A DNA stretch of 44,187 nt from a virus. Each line of letters starts with the position of its first letter. Position 1 is the stretch's first letter. The position numbers and the translations under genes are program-made. This document shows, in pieces, positions 1-7,802 of this stretch. The notes beneath the pieces are model-generated. The model did not search any database. It was not told where the DNA came from and saw nothing but the letters and a program-made list of their open reading frames with translations. The DNA lies in the IMG/VR virus record IMGVR_UViG_3300038758_000056, one strand, 5' to 3'.

Positions 1-91
1 ACGTCTCGAAGGATATTAACCCATTGCTTTCAACGTACAGGTCTGGGTTTAGCAGTAGTGAACCTATTACTTTCGCTTCTAGCCTTATGTT
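1..91. repeat. Terminal direct repeat, copy 1 (identical to 44097..44187); overlap left by linearising a circular or terminally redundant assembly
   Basis: Read directly: bases 1..91 (acgtctcgaaggat...agccttatgtt) recur base for base as the last 91 bases. Unique length is therefore 44096 bp. Confidence 0.95.
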
Positions 92-106
92 GTTTGGTTG
101 GTTCAT
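1..106 (-). CDS. dnaB: 5' end of the replicative DNA helicase gene (ATG at 104..106, MNQPNNIRLEAKVIGSLLLNPDLYVE...); joins 42871..44187 across the circular junction
   Basis: Manual translation of the minus strand. The ATG overlaps the TGA of ORF 103..846 (ATGA). The frame runs without a stop through the repeat into 44187..42871. Confidence 0.8.
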   Translation of the reverse strand, partial: MNQPNNIRLEAKVIGSLLLNPDLYVESNGLISFET

Positions 107-846
107 CCTACTTTCAGATTGCCGTTAGCGTCTAAGGTGGCCAACTTTAACGGCCTTGGTTCTACGCTCTGAGTATTGTCTTTAGCTGCCCACTTTCTAA
201 AAGTAAGGTTTGCGCTCACTACGTTGGTCAATAACTTCTTGTAGTTGTGCATCGAAGTGAACACTTGCTCGATAAGTTCAGACCGGAATTCCTGACTGAT
301 TCTCTCGGCTTCTTCAAAGGTTATCGGCTCTTTAAGTTGTTGAACTCTTGGAGCGTTTTTACTCAGCCATTCAACAAGCGGGTGTATCTCTTCTTTAGTT
401 TCATTTAGTTTAGTATCCTTTACTTTACTTTTCTTTGTGGTTTTATACCTCCCTAAACCTAGTAAATGACCCCGTAAACTCTCTAAACTCATACATTCAT
501 TACTCCTTTTGGCGTATGCGTCCCGTAAACTCTCTATCAACTTAGGCGACCAAATTACTTTTGATTGCTTCCAAATGTCAGAATCAAACTCTCCTAGCTT
601 GGTAATTGCCTCTATTATTTCAAGTAGTCTGTCCTCATCAATTTTACACCTTGCGGCTACAAACATCAGATTACCCTCGTCCTCTAAATCCAACCAATGA
701 TCGTCAGTCTTTGCTAAGATTTCAAGAATCTTAAACCAAGTTGCATAGCCATCGTTGCCAAACTTGGATTCGATGACAAACATCTTCTTGCCGTCTGATA
801 TGTAATGAGGAAAGTAATCCACGTTATGCCTTTGGGGTCTAGCCAT
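103..846 (-). CDS. DUF4373 (Lin1244/Lin1753-like) replication-associated protein
   Basis: N-terminal motif DYFPHYISDGKKMFVIESKFGNDGYATWFKILEILA is typical of DUF4373. Translationally coupled (ATGA) to dnaB. Confidence 0.65.
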   Translation of the reverse strand: MARPQRHNVDYFPHYISDGKKMFVIESKFGNDGYATWFKILEILAKTDDHWLDLEDEGNLMFVAARCKIDEDRLLEIIEAITKLGEFDSDIWKQSKVIWSPKLIESLRDAYAKRSNECMSLESLRGHLLGLGRYKTTKKSKVKDTKLNETKEEIHPLVEWLSKNAPRVQQLKEPITFEEAERISQEFRSELIEQVFTSMHNYKKLLTNVVSANLTFRKWAAKDNTQSVEPRPLKLATLDANGNLKVG

Positions 847-944
847 TATAAATCGTTGCGGGTGGCGTTGACGCGCCCCATCCGTCCGATACCAGAAGCA
901 ATCGGTCGGTCAGTTTTACCCGCGTTAAGATGAATCTTTTGCAT
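846..944 (-). CDS. Micro-ORF, 32 aa (MQKIHLNAGKTDRPIASGIGRMGRVNATRNDL)
   Basis: Found by manual translation. Its stop overlaps the ATG of 103..846 (TAATG). Below the ORF-track cutoff. Confidence 0.3.
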   Translation of the reverse strand: MQKIHLNAGKTDRPIASGIGRMGRVNATRNDL

Positions 945-961
945 TTCTTCTGGGTTTAAGA

Positions 962-985
962 CGTTCAGCGTGTCAATTCTGAACG
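962..985. repeat. Closed GTT...AAC hairpin: CGTTCAG - 10 nt - CTGAACG
   Basis: 7-bp perfect inverted repeat read directly, sitting between two minus-strand genes. Confidence 0.6.
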
Positions 986-1000
986 GTACAAATATAAGCA

Positions 1001-1270
1001 TTATTCCAATAAGCTCAACAAATACATAGTATCAGTTTGCTTGACCTCAATCTGGTTGCTTACGTAGTCAAATGCATGGGCAGCGGAGCATCTATTCTGA
1101 TTGAATCGCTTTGACGTAACCCTAAACGGTTCGCCCGTCTTTTTGCGTATCAGGTACATAGCTACGTGCCTAGCACATACCGCGTCTCTTTTTCTATCTC
1201 CGCTTTTCATTCGGCCTATTGGAACTCCAGAAGCGTCTGATACTGCTTGTGTTATCTGGTCGGGGGTCAT
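1001..1270 (-). CDS. DnaA C-terminal (domain IV)-like DNA-binding protein
   Basis: SGDRKRDAVCARHVAMYLIRKKTGEPFRVTSKRFNQNRCSAAHAFDYV follows the DnaA domain IV pattern (R.R..V..R..AMYL.R..T....I...F......V.HA). Confidence 0.55.
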   Translation of the reverse strand: MTPDQITQAVSDASGVPIGRMKSGDRKRDAVCARHVAMYLIRKKTGEPFRVTSKRFNQNRCSAAHAFDYVSNQIEVKQTDTMYLLSLLE

Positions 1271-3447
1271 TAGAATAGAGTTAAAACAGAATCACGTTCT
1301 TGAACTGCGGATCTATGGTTAGCTTCATTCAATTTAAAGTAACTCTCTTTCAGCTCGATACTGATTGACTTCCTATTCATCTTCAATGCTTGAAAACCCT
1401 CTGAACCTATGCCTCCAAATGGGCTGAAAACCGTCTCACCCTCATTTGAATATAAGTGAATGATTCTTTCTATCGTATCAAGCTGTAAAGGACAGATGTG
1501 CTTCTCATCATTACCGTCCCTACCAGACCTGTATTGAAGCGTTCTGGAGTAATCAATATCCATCCAAACTGGACTAGCATACTTCTGCCAAAGATCAACA
1601 GGTAAATAGTTGGGTTCGTTTGGGTCTGTGTCTTGGTGTGTTATAGGGGTTTCGTTTTCTCCTTCATTCCTAAAAAACAGAATGTAATCAGGTATACCCA
1701 CTCGCGACATTGCGCTATCCTTTTTAATAGTCTTATGCAGCAATCCTAGTGCCTTTGTTCGCTGCATTTCCGTAACCGGATTCTTCCATACTGTAGTCTT
1801 TGCGTGGTAAATAAACCCTTGATCAGAAAACCAATCAATCAACATTCCGCTAAAATCTCTTAGCCCGATAAATCCCTCTTTTCCTTTTTGTATTGGTAAG
1901 TCCATACAATGAACTGCGCAAATACGCCCCGACTTTAGGACTCGTTTCAATTCTGGAATCAGGTATTTGAAGTGCTGCTCAAATTCCTTGTAGTTTCTTA
2001 CATTACCCATGTCAGCCTCCTTATCTGAATACACATAAAGCTCAGCAAAGGGCGGGCTAAAAACAACCAGATCAGCGGAGTTGTCTTCTAGTTTTTTGGA
2101 TTCCGTAACGCAGTCCCCGTTTATAATTTTGTAGTCGTTGGTGTTCATTTCCTTGTTTATTACTTTGAAGTTTGATTTTAGTGTTTTGTAGTCAGCATTA
2201 GCGGAGTATTGGCTCATTTCATGAATCATTGTTTTATGCTTCAACTCCTTATTGAGAATGGTCTTTCTAACATTCACCTGACTCTCAGGTATGAGGATAT
2301 GGACATTGACCTTATTGGTTTGACCGAACCGATAGCACCTTCTTACAGCCTGGTAGAACGCCTCAAACTTGAAATCGTAAGACATAAATACCATATTGTG
2401 GCATTGCTGGTAATTCATGCCAAATGATGCAATTGATGTTTTCGTGACCAACACTCGAAAGTCTTTATTAGCAAACCCATTTAAATGTTTAGCCTTGTAT
2501 TCTGGGGAATCAGACCCTTGCACGTTTACAGAATCATTCAGAACCTTTGCGAGCGCATCCGTTTCCGCGTTCTTTAACCCCCACACGATCCACTGTTCGT
2601 CATTTGAATTAACCAACTCAACTGTCTTATCAACCCTTTTGTCAAACGATCTATTCAAATCCTTGTGTAGGTCGGTGGCTGAAACCGCAACATCTCCGAA
2701 TAAGGTCATTGTGTTGTTTTCAACCGGAATGACATGTTCAATGTATTCAATCTGTGGTAGATCATACCCGCACATTTCAAAGCCAAGTGTTGCGGGATTG
2801 TCTAGTGAAATAGACCACGTACATACGTACTTCCAAAAGTCGTCAGTTGCATGCTTTCTTAATCTCCATTTAGATGTTTCGCCACCATCATGCACAAAGT
2901 ACATTGCGAGCATTTCAAGATAGCTCATTGCTCCTAAAAACTCTGAGTGTTGGCCTAGCTCCATGTGGTCATTAGGGCTTGGCGTTGCAGTACAAGCTAA
3001 CTTGTATGGGGTGTCCTTGAATGTTTCGATTATCAACGAAGATAACTTACCGTCTCGCCCTTTTAAGATTGAACTTTCATCTAACACAACACCAGAATAT
3101 AATCTAGTATCCGTGTTTTTTAGTTGGTCGTAATTCGTAATATCAAAGCTATCTGTATTGATGCCGAATTGGACGGCCTCTTTTTTAGTCTGTTCCACAA
3201 CTGCCAGAGGTGCAAGTATCAGAACTTTTGCGCCCGTGTGATTGAATACAGCCTCCGCCCAAGCTAACTGCTGAATGGTCTTTCCTAATCCACAATCCTC
3301 AAATATTGCAAATCGCCCCTTCTGTAAAGCTATCTCAACGATATGCTTTTGAAATGGGAATAGGTTTTTATTTAGTAAATCGGGCTTGAATCCAGAAGAT
3401 ATAAACCCCTTCTTTTTGGTTTGCAGGAATTGTTCGTAGTCGTTCAT
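1270..3447 (-). CDS. SNF2-family helicase fused to a beta-class N4/N6 DNA methyltransferase
   Basis: Helicase motifs GLGKT, VLDESS, TATPSPN, QAVRRCYRFGQ in the N-terminal 2/3. C-terminal methylase motif IV (VVFSPPF) precedes motif I (FSPFGGIGSEG). Confidence 0.85.
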   Translation of the reverse strand: MNDYEQFLQTKKKGFISSGFKPDLLNKNLFPFQKHIVEIALQKGRFAIFEDCGLGKTIQQLAWAEAVFNHTGAKVLILAPLAVVEQTKKEAVQFGINTDSFDITNYDQLKNTDTRLYSGVVLDESSILKGRDGKLSSLIIETFKDTPYKLACTATPSPNDHMELGQHSEFLGAMSYLEMLAMYFVHDGGETSKWRLRKHATDDFWKYVCTWSISLDNPATLGFEMCGYDLPQIEYIEHVIPVENNTMTLFGDVAVSATDLHKDLNRSFDKRVDKTVELVNSNDEQWIVWGLKNAETDALAKVLNDSVNVQGSDSPEYKAKHLNGFANKDFRVLVTKTSIASFGMNYQQCHNMVFMSYDFKFEAFYQAVRRCYRFGQTNKVNVHILIPESQVNVRKTILNKELKHKTMIHEMSQYSANADYKTLKSNFKVINKEMNTNDYKIINGDCVTESKKLEDNSADLVVFSPPFAELYVYSDKEADMGNVRNYKEFEQHFKYLIPELKRVLKSGRICAVHCMDLPIQKGKEGFIGLRDFSGMLIDWFSDQGFIYHAKTTVWKNPVTEMQRTKALGLLHKTIKKDSAMSRVGIPDYILFFRNEGENETPITHQDTDPNEPNYLPVDLWQKYASPVWMDIDYSRTLQYRSGRDGNDEKHICPLQLDTIERIIHLYSNEGETVFSPFGGIGSEGFQALKMNRKSISIELKESYFKLNEANHRSAVQERDSVLTLF

Positions 3448-3459
3448 CGTTTTTTTTGT

Positions 3460-3792
3460 TTAACCTATCAAAGTCTTTTTGAAGTTCGTACTCATCACGC
3501 TTTGGGCTATCCAAACAGTAGGTGGTTTCAACTCGTTTTGAATAGCCCTTAGCGTCTCCATCGTTCGCGGGTCTTTCGTTGTGATACGATAGCTGATAAG
3601 ATTCTTTGCGTACAGGATCGTTGCGTAATTAAACCCTAATACCCTACCAGCGTGTTCTAACGTTAGCCCTGCCTGAGTTGTGAGGAGATAGGCTAAGACG
3701 TGCCTGATAACAACCCTTTCAGCTTTGCGGTCTTTCTCTTTGGGCGTGTACCCGAAAGCGTTAAAGGCCGCTTGTAGTAGTCTCTTTTTCAT
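3460..3792 (-). CDS. Second DnaA domain IV-like DNA-binding protein
   Basis: DRKAERVVIRHVLAYLLTTQAGLTLEHAGRVLGFNYATILYAKNLI fits the same DnaA_C pattern as 1001..1270. Confidence 0.5.
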   Translation of the reverse strand: MKKRLLQAAFNAFGYTPKEKDRKAERVVIRHVLAYLLTTQAGLTLEHAGRVLGFNYATILYAKNLISYRITTKDPRTMETLRAIQNELKPPTVWIAQSVMSTNFKKTLIG

Positions 3793-4115
3793 CGTCCTAA
3801 CGTTATACCCCTCGGAATAGAGATAGTGTTCGGTATCTTATCCTTGAGCCTTTTGATGCTGTAGTTTTTGGCTTTCAGAATGTCTATCTGACGCTTAACC
3901 CTGTCTAGCCTGACTGTTAGCTGACTTCGCTCTCTCGCCAGTTGCAAAAACTGAGGCATCGTTAGCTTTGGTTCTCGCAGGGTATTGGCGTACCAGTTGA
4001 GTTTTAACAGGATGTCATCGCGTTCAGTCTCTAAACACCATTTAGCTTTCTTAGTGCTTGGAATGTCCCAACTTGGGGAGCTGTTGAAGTGCTTATCTAG
4101 TTCTTTCTTGTTCAT
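3789..4115 (-). CDS. Hypothetical protein (coiled-coil rich)
   Basis: ORF in operon context with a 4-nt overlap with the downstream gene. Confidence 0.6.
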   Translation of the reverse strand: MNKKELDKHFNSSPSWDIPSTKKAKWCLETERDDILLKLNWYANTLREPKLTMPQFLQLARERSQLTVRLDRVKRQIDILKAKNYSIKRLKDKIPNTISIPRGITLGR

Positions 4116-4272
4116 TTCGCTTTCGTTTTAGGCAGTATTTACAGACGTAAGGATCATCGTAGTCTACGTTGTCTGACTTCTCATCACACTCTACGCAGTA
4201 TTCGGGGTTGATGGTTTCAGAGTAATCCTCTTCACCCGCTGCTATTTCGTCTCTGTGCTTTTGGGTTTTCAT
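4093..4272 (-). CDS. Small zinc-ribbon-like protein, 59 aa (CVEC...CKYC)
   Basis: Manual translation: MKTQKHRDEIAAGEEDYSETINPEYCVECDEKSDNVDYDDPYVCKYCLKRKRNEQERTR. First gene after promoter P2; just under the track cutoff. Confidence 0.5.
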   Translation of the reverse strand: MKTQKHRDEIAAGEEDYSETINPEYCVECDEKSDNVDYDDPYVCKYCLKRKRNEQERTR

Positions 4273-4296
4273 CGTTTTGTGTTTTGATTACATCGG

Positions 4297-4359
4297 CTAA
4301 AGTAACACTATTTGAATAAAGTGCAAACAAGAATCGTTATTTAGAATGATTCCAGATAA
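4297..4359 (-). promoter_or_regulatory. Early promoter P2 with upstream palindromic operator
   Basis: Minus sense: operator TTATCTGGAATCATTCTAAATAA (4359..4337, 9/11 palindrome), -33 TTTG within TTTGCAC (4327..4321), 19-nt spacer, -7 TACTTTAG (4304..4297). Near-duplicate of 7315..7388. Confidence 0.55.
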
Positions 4360-4362
4360 GGG

Positions 4363-4749
4363 TTATAGGTCTTTAATCTTTTCCTTATAAACCTCAATCA
4401 TTTGTTTCAGCTCGTCATTGGAAAACTTTACCGTTTGATTTGAGCGCAATAACAATGCGTCTGACGAGCCTTCTCCGTACCGTTGGTCTAAGTGTATGCT
4501 AAACTTGAATTGCTCGCCCTGATTGAAGATATTGCATTTTTTACATTGCGTTCCACAATTTTGCTCGTCCCATCTTGTGGCGTATTTACCTCTCGACATG
4601 AAATGACCGCACTGTAAACTCTTCCATTGGTCAACCTTTCCGCAAGTAACACACTCAGCGAAGCCGTCCAGGTTAGCGTCTCTCATTCTTATGTAGATTG
4701 AAAACACGCGGTCAAGTTCGCGAACAAGTTTAGAACGGGTCTTAGCCAC
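4363..4749 (-). CDS. ninG: NinG/Rap-like recombination protein
   Basis: LDRVFSIYIRMRD...CVTCGK...LQCGHFMSRGKYATRWDEQNCGTQCKKCN matches the lambda NinG family signature. Confidence 0.8.
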   Translation of the reverse strand: MAKTRSKLVRELDRVFSIYIRMRDANLDGFAECVTCGKVDQWKSLQCGHFMSRGKYATRWDEQNCGTQCKKCNIFNQGEQFKFSIHLDQRYGEGSSDALLLRSNQTVKFSNDELKQMIEVYKEKIKDL

Positions 4750-5054
4750 TAGAACGGCAAACTTTGACCTTCCTCTTTAGGCTGCTCGCTTTCAACCTTC
4801 TCAATCTTCGCAAGTCTCAGGTTTACAAAGTGTCTACCCTCCCACTCTCTGCCGTTAACGAACACATCTGCGCTTACTTCATCGCCTACGCTAAACCCGT
4901 CCATCTTGCTTATTCCGTCTTTGACAGCTTCAACCGGAAGAGGGTTAGGGTATTCGCCTGGTTCTTCGATTACCATTTCTTTTTTGGTGAACCCAGAAGA
5001 GAACTCTTGAACGTCTCCTATCTGTGTAATTGTTCCTTTGATTGTGTGTGCCAT
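4749..5054 (-). CDS. DUF3127 OB-fold, single-stranded-DNA-binding-like protein
   Basis: IKGTITQIGDVQEFSSGFTKKEMVIEE...FSVGDEVSADVFVNGREWEGRHFVNLRL is the typical DUF3127 pattern. Confidence 0.7.
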   Translation of the reverse strand: MAHTIKGTITQIGDVQEFSSGFTKKEMVIEEPGEYPNPLPVEAVKDGISKMDGFSVGDEVSADVFVNGREWEGRHFVNLRLAKIEKVESEQPKEEGQSLPF

Positions 5055-5416
5055 TAGTCCTCTATTTTCTCTTTAAGATGTGAAATGATTTGATTCGTTT
5101 TATGATTGTAATAGGCTTCCGATGTTTCAAAGCCCTCGTTATTCTGCTTCCAAAGTACGTAAAGCACGTCTCTAATTCGTTTGCTTTGGGATTTCTGTCC
5201 TGGGATTGAGTCAATGCCGAACTTATTATCCCTTAGCAAGTCAACCTCTTCTGACGTTAGCGAGTTTCTAGCAATGCCTAAACCTACTAACTCATTCTGC
5301 ATACCGAATAACTCACCCGCGTCTTTAGGTGGTAGTTCCTGAGTTACGAAAGTAAGTTTGATGGTTTTATCGACTTTAGATGTGATATTCTGCACACTTG
5401 CGTTTAGAATTATCAT
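5054..5416 (-). CDS. Hypothetical protein
   Basis: ORF in a tightly overlapped operon (ATGA-type junctions on both sides). Confidence 0.6.
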   Translation of the reverse strand: MIILNASVQNITSKVDKTIKLTFVTQELPPKDAGELFGMQNELVGLGIARNSLTSEEVDLLRDNKFGIDSIPGQKSQSKRIRDVLYVLWKQNNEGFETSEAYYNHKTNQIISHLKEKIED

Positions 5417-5643
5417 TGCTCTGCTCTTATTCGCGCTTCAATTTCAGCGCGGGTTTTGTAAAGCTCTTTTAGCTGGTCGTTAACATCGTTCCACAGCTTG
5501 TCCTTTTTATAGATAGGCTTCATGTGAGCGTAGTCTATTTTCTTGGTCTTTATCTGGTCTCTAAGGTGTTCGGGTATCTGTTGGAAGATTTCCGCGTCCA
5601 TCTCTGCGTTGAGTTGTATTGACCAATCGTTGACCCTACTCAT
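5413..5643 (-). CDS. Hypothetical protein
   Basis: ORF in operon context, overlapping its neighbours. Confidence 0.6.
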   Translation of the reverse strand: MSRVNDWSIQLNAEMDAEIFQQIPEHLRDQIKTKKIDYAHMKPIYKKDKLWNDVNDQLKELYKTRAEIEARIRAEQ

Positions 5644-5777
5644 TTTGATTTGATCTTAATATTAGGCGTGAACACCAAAGCCCACAGAGGCCAGCCCGTC
5701 CCAGTAATGTAGATTCCCAAGCCAATCACGCCAAAGAATAGCCCGTAAAATGATAGTGAGATTATCGCGTTTTTCAT
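5640..5777 (-). CDS. Small membrane protein, 45 aa
   Basis: Manual translation MKNAIISLSFYGLFFGVIGLGIYITGTGWPLWALVFTPNIKIKSK. ATGA overlaps with both neighbours. Confidence 0.45.
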   Translation of the reverse strand: MKNAIISLSFYGLFFGVIGLGIYITGTGWPLWALVFTPNIKIKSK

Positions 5778-6409
5778 GCTAATACGATTGCCATTAGTTT
5801 CTCCTCAACGTCTTTACTTATCTCATAACCTTCCTTTAGTTTGGTCATTGAGCCAGCACCTTTGAGATACTTGATGCACTCATTGTACTTAGGGTGGTTG
5901 GCTGTTAAGACTTGCTTTGCTTTCGCTTGTGGGGTTTGAATTTCGTTAGAGTGTGTTGTCTCTGTATCGTCAATTTTCCCAACAGGTGTAAGGAATGTAT
6001 AGAGTAGAGCGTTTTTCATTGCGTAAGTTGTCGCCTTTCCCGCTCCCTTATCTTGCGGATCAACCCCGTGCCCGTATCCGCAAACGACTATTGATTGACC
6101 GCTTACGTGGTATAGATTATACTTAACTACAACCTTTGTAAACACAGACTGGAACATCTTAGTATCCTTTGGCGTTGATTTGCTCCACGGGTCTACACCC
6201 TCCCACCTATCAACCTGAGTTGACTCTTCAATGTCAAAAGGTATCATTGCTAGACCATGCTTAGATAGTGCGTCATTAAATACCTCTTTAACGTCTTGGT
6301 CTTTTGTTCCGTTGTAGGCGTTTTTGGAATTGCCACCAACGCGGCTGTTTTTTTCCATTCCCTTTACTTCTTTCATTACCGAGTTAACGGCTGTTATTAG
6401 TTCTTTCAT
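5774..6409 (-). CDS. erf: ERF-family single-strand annealing protein
   Basis: N-terminal pattern VMKEVKGMEKNSRVGG..AYNGTKDQDVKEVFNDALSKHGL resembles the ERF superfamily. Sits next to the SSB-like and NinG genes. Confidence 0.55.
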   Translation of the reverse strand: MKELITAVNSVMKEVKGMEKNSRVGGNSKNAYNGTKDQDVKEVFNDALSKHGLAMIPFDIEESTQVDRWEGVDPWSKSTPKDTKMFQSVFTKVVVKYNLYHVSGQSIVVCGYGHGVDPQDKGAGKATTYAMKNALLYTFLTPVGKIDDTETTHSNEIQTPQAKAKQVLTANHPKYNECIKYLKGAGSMTKLKEGYEISKDVEEKLMAIVLA

Positions 6410-6428
6410 CGCTTTAAGATAGTTGTTT

Positions 6429-6686
6429 TTAGTTGTTTGACAAGGTTATTGTGCCGTTGAAATCTTCAACTTCTAAAACCCACCCTTCATCATAAGCCCC
6501 AACGTCACTCGCCACACCAACTAAGGAGTGTATAATCATACCTCGCACCAAGCCGCCCTCAGTCTCACCTGTGGCTAAAAGTATCACGCGCTTATCGTCC
6601 ATGTACATTAATTTTGGGTATTTGCTGTTTGGCGACTTCTCTACTTCTTTTACTTCTATTTTCATCGCTGTTGTTTTGGTTGCCAT
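6429..6686 (-). CDS. Hypothetical protein
   Basis: ORF in operon context. Confidence 0.55.
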   Translation of the reverse strand: MATKTTAMKIEVKEVEKSPNSKYPKLMYMDDKRVILLATGETEGGLVRGMIIHSLVGVASDVGAYDEGWVLEVEDFNGTITLSNN

Positions 6687-6970
6687 TCAAGGCTGTTCTT
6701 AAATTCGTTCCACACTTTGTACTCATCACAGTCGGTCAACCCCGCCAGCTCCAAGAGCTTCAATCCGGTGAATGATTGCTCGACCGTCTCCGAACTTTCG
6801 AGAACGCTCAAAGCCCAATCTTTTACTCTTTGCGAGTGTTGCTTTACTTTTGGCAAGCGTCCATTCGAGGCTTCGGATTTCTGCCCTGCAATCTTCTTGC
6901 TGTCTATCCAGCCATGATAAGTACCGATCAATGTGTTCAGCCATTTCATCTTATTTGAGTTTAAAGCCAA
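6662..6970 (-). CDS. Hypothetical protein
   Basis: ORF in operon context. Several overlapping alternative-frame ORFs here are judged to be shadows. Confidence 0.55.
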   Translation of the reverse strand: MALNSNKMKWLNTLIGTYHGWIDSKKIAGQKSEASNGRLPKVKQHSQRVKDWALSVLESSETVEQSFTGLKLLELAGLTDCDEYKVWNEFKNSLEWQPKQQR

Positions 6971-7208
6971 GGTCTTTTAGTTTGTCCTCAGCGAGTTTAT
7001 AAAGTTGTTGTCTTGATTCAAAGTTGCCGTAGCCTTTCTTATTAACTGCGCTAAACGCATAACGGGCTGTTGTGTACTTCATGCCAACCTGACGCGCTAG
7101 GTCTGCTAACATTCCAGCGGGTAGCCTATCTCGTAGTTGGGTTATCTGTTCGGGGGTATAGGTCATGTCATTGAGGCTACAATCCAAATCAAACAGACAA
7201 CCATCCAT
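6951..7208 (-). CDS. Putative helix-turn-helix DNA-binding protein (start may be the internal ATG at 7166)
   Basis: GMLADLARQVGMKYTTARYAFS looks like an HTH. The internal Met overlaps the stop of micro-ORF 7163..7297 as ATGA. Confidence 0.45.
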   Translation of the reverse strand: MDGCLFDLDCSLNDMTYTPEQITQLRDRLPAGMLADLARQVGMKYTTARYAFSAVNKKGYGNFESRQQLYKLAEDKLKDLGFKLK

Positions 7209-7297
7209 GTGCGCACCCGCCTATCTTTTTCAATTATAACCCCAACACCCACCGCTGCTAGGGCTATGATGTGAATTATGTGATGTAATATATCCAT
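7163..7297 (-). CDS. Small membrane protein, 44 aa (MDILHHIIHIIALAAVGVGVIIEK...)
   Basis: Manual translation. First ORF after promoter P1; hydrophobic core. Confidence 0.35.
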   Translation of the reverse strand: MDILHHIIHIIALAAVGVGVIIEKDRRVRTWMVVCLIWIVASMT

Positions 7298-7314
7298 CGC
7301 TTTATTTGTTTCTC

Positions 7315-7388
7315 CAAACATACAACTATTTACATAAAGTGCAAAGAAAGGCTTCGTTTAATGCTTATTTGGAATGTTTCTAAATAAG
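7315..7388 (-). promoter_or_regulatory. Early promoter P1 with upstream palindromic operator
   Basis: Minus sense: operator CTTATTTAGAAACATTCCAAATAAG (7388..7364, 10/12 palindrome), -33 TTTG within TTTGCAC (7345..7339), 19-nt spacer, -7 TATGTTTG (7322..7315). Confidence 0.6.
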
Positions 7389-7802
7389 GTTCACTCTTAA
7401 ACATACCGACTCTATCTAAGCATTAGGGGGAGTAGTGCCTATTTGGTTAGCGTATACCTTCCTTACATTAGTCGTGGCCTCCTCAATCCTTTGTGCCGCC
7501 ACTTGATACTGGTTTAGTATCGTTTGGAATAACCCCTTGTTTTAACCGTTGGCACGTATGCTTTAGCTTGGTGTTGTCAGTCGGACGACATTGCACCTAC
7601 GGGGCTTTCTACACTATGAAAATTGGTTGAGCTTGTTCGCGGTTTGCCTTCGCTGTCGGTCAACTCTTATTAACCCCGACAATTATAGGTACAAATATAG
7701 AAAAAAATTAGCCCCATCCAACAGGACAGGGCCGCAATTTTGGCAAACCGCTAACCCGAAACGGGCTGCTGTAAAAGTACTATTAAATACTGTATAACAA
7801 AA

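Noticed and set aside
1-91. Reading the 91-bp terminal repeat as a biological direct terminal repeat or a cos-type end.
   Set aside because: The repeat falls in the middle of the dnaB reading frame and has exactly the form of an assembler overlap. Without read-level evidence, the conservative reading is a circularly closed contig.
509-700. Antisense or alternative-frame ORFs from the track, for example 509..700, 1101..1322, 2209..2427, 2417..2923, 4764..5057, 6717..7002 (four ORFs), 8539..8766, 13353..13889, 14254..14523, 16079..16282, 18009..18825, 20139..20476, 20543..20725, 21218..21412, 23987..24557, 25110..25310, 27360..27867, 31103..31303, 32817..33644, 34715..34906, 35742..36498, 36804..37907, 38040..38234, 38641..38886, 39805..39987, 40782..40967, 41255..41467, 42566..42921, 43385..43689 and 43863..44075.
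   Set aside because: Each lies wholly or largely inside a longer ORF on the other strand or frame that has recognisable motifs or operon coupling. Their sequences are low-complexity (Ser/Leu/Phe-rich), as is typical of shadow ORFs.
7437-7520. A possible tRNA (GGGGGAGTAGTGCCTATTTGGTTAGCG... resembles an acceptor stem plus D-arm).
   Set aside because: Attempting a cloverleaf fails. The anticodon stem does not pair, there is no GTTCRANYC T-loop, and there is no matching 3' acceptor strand. No tRNA was found in any intergenic region.
7591-7797. A 68-aa plus-strand ORF inside the 7.4-7.8 kb gap.
   Set aside because: It starts at TTG, has no promoter box, and has an odd composition (Arg/Cys/Asn-rich). 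It is antisense to the direction of both flanking operons. I treat the region as non-coding.
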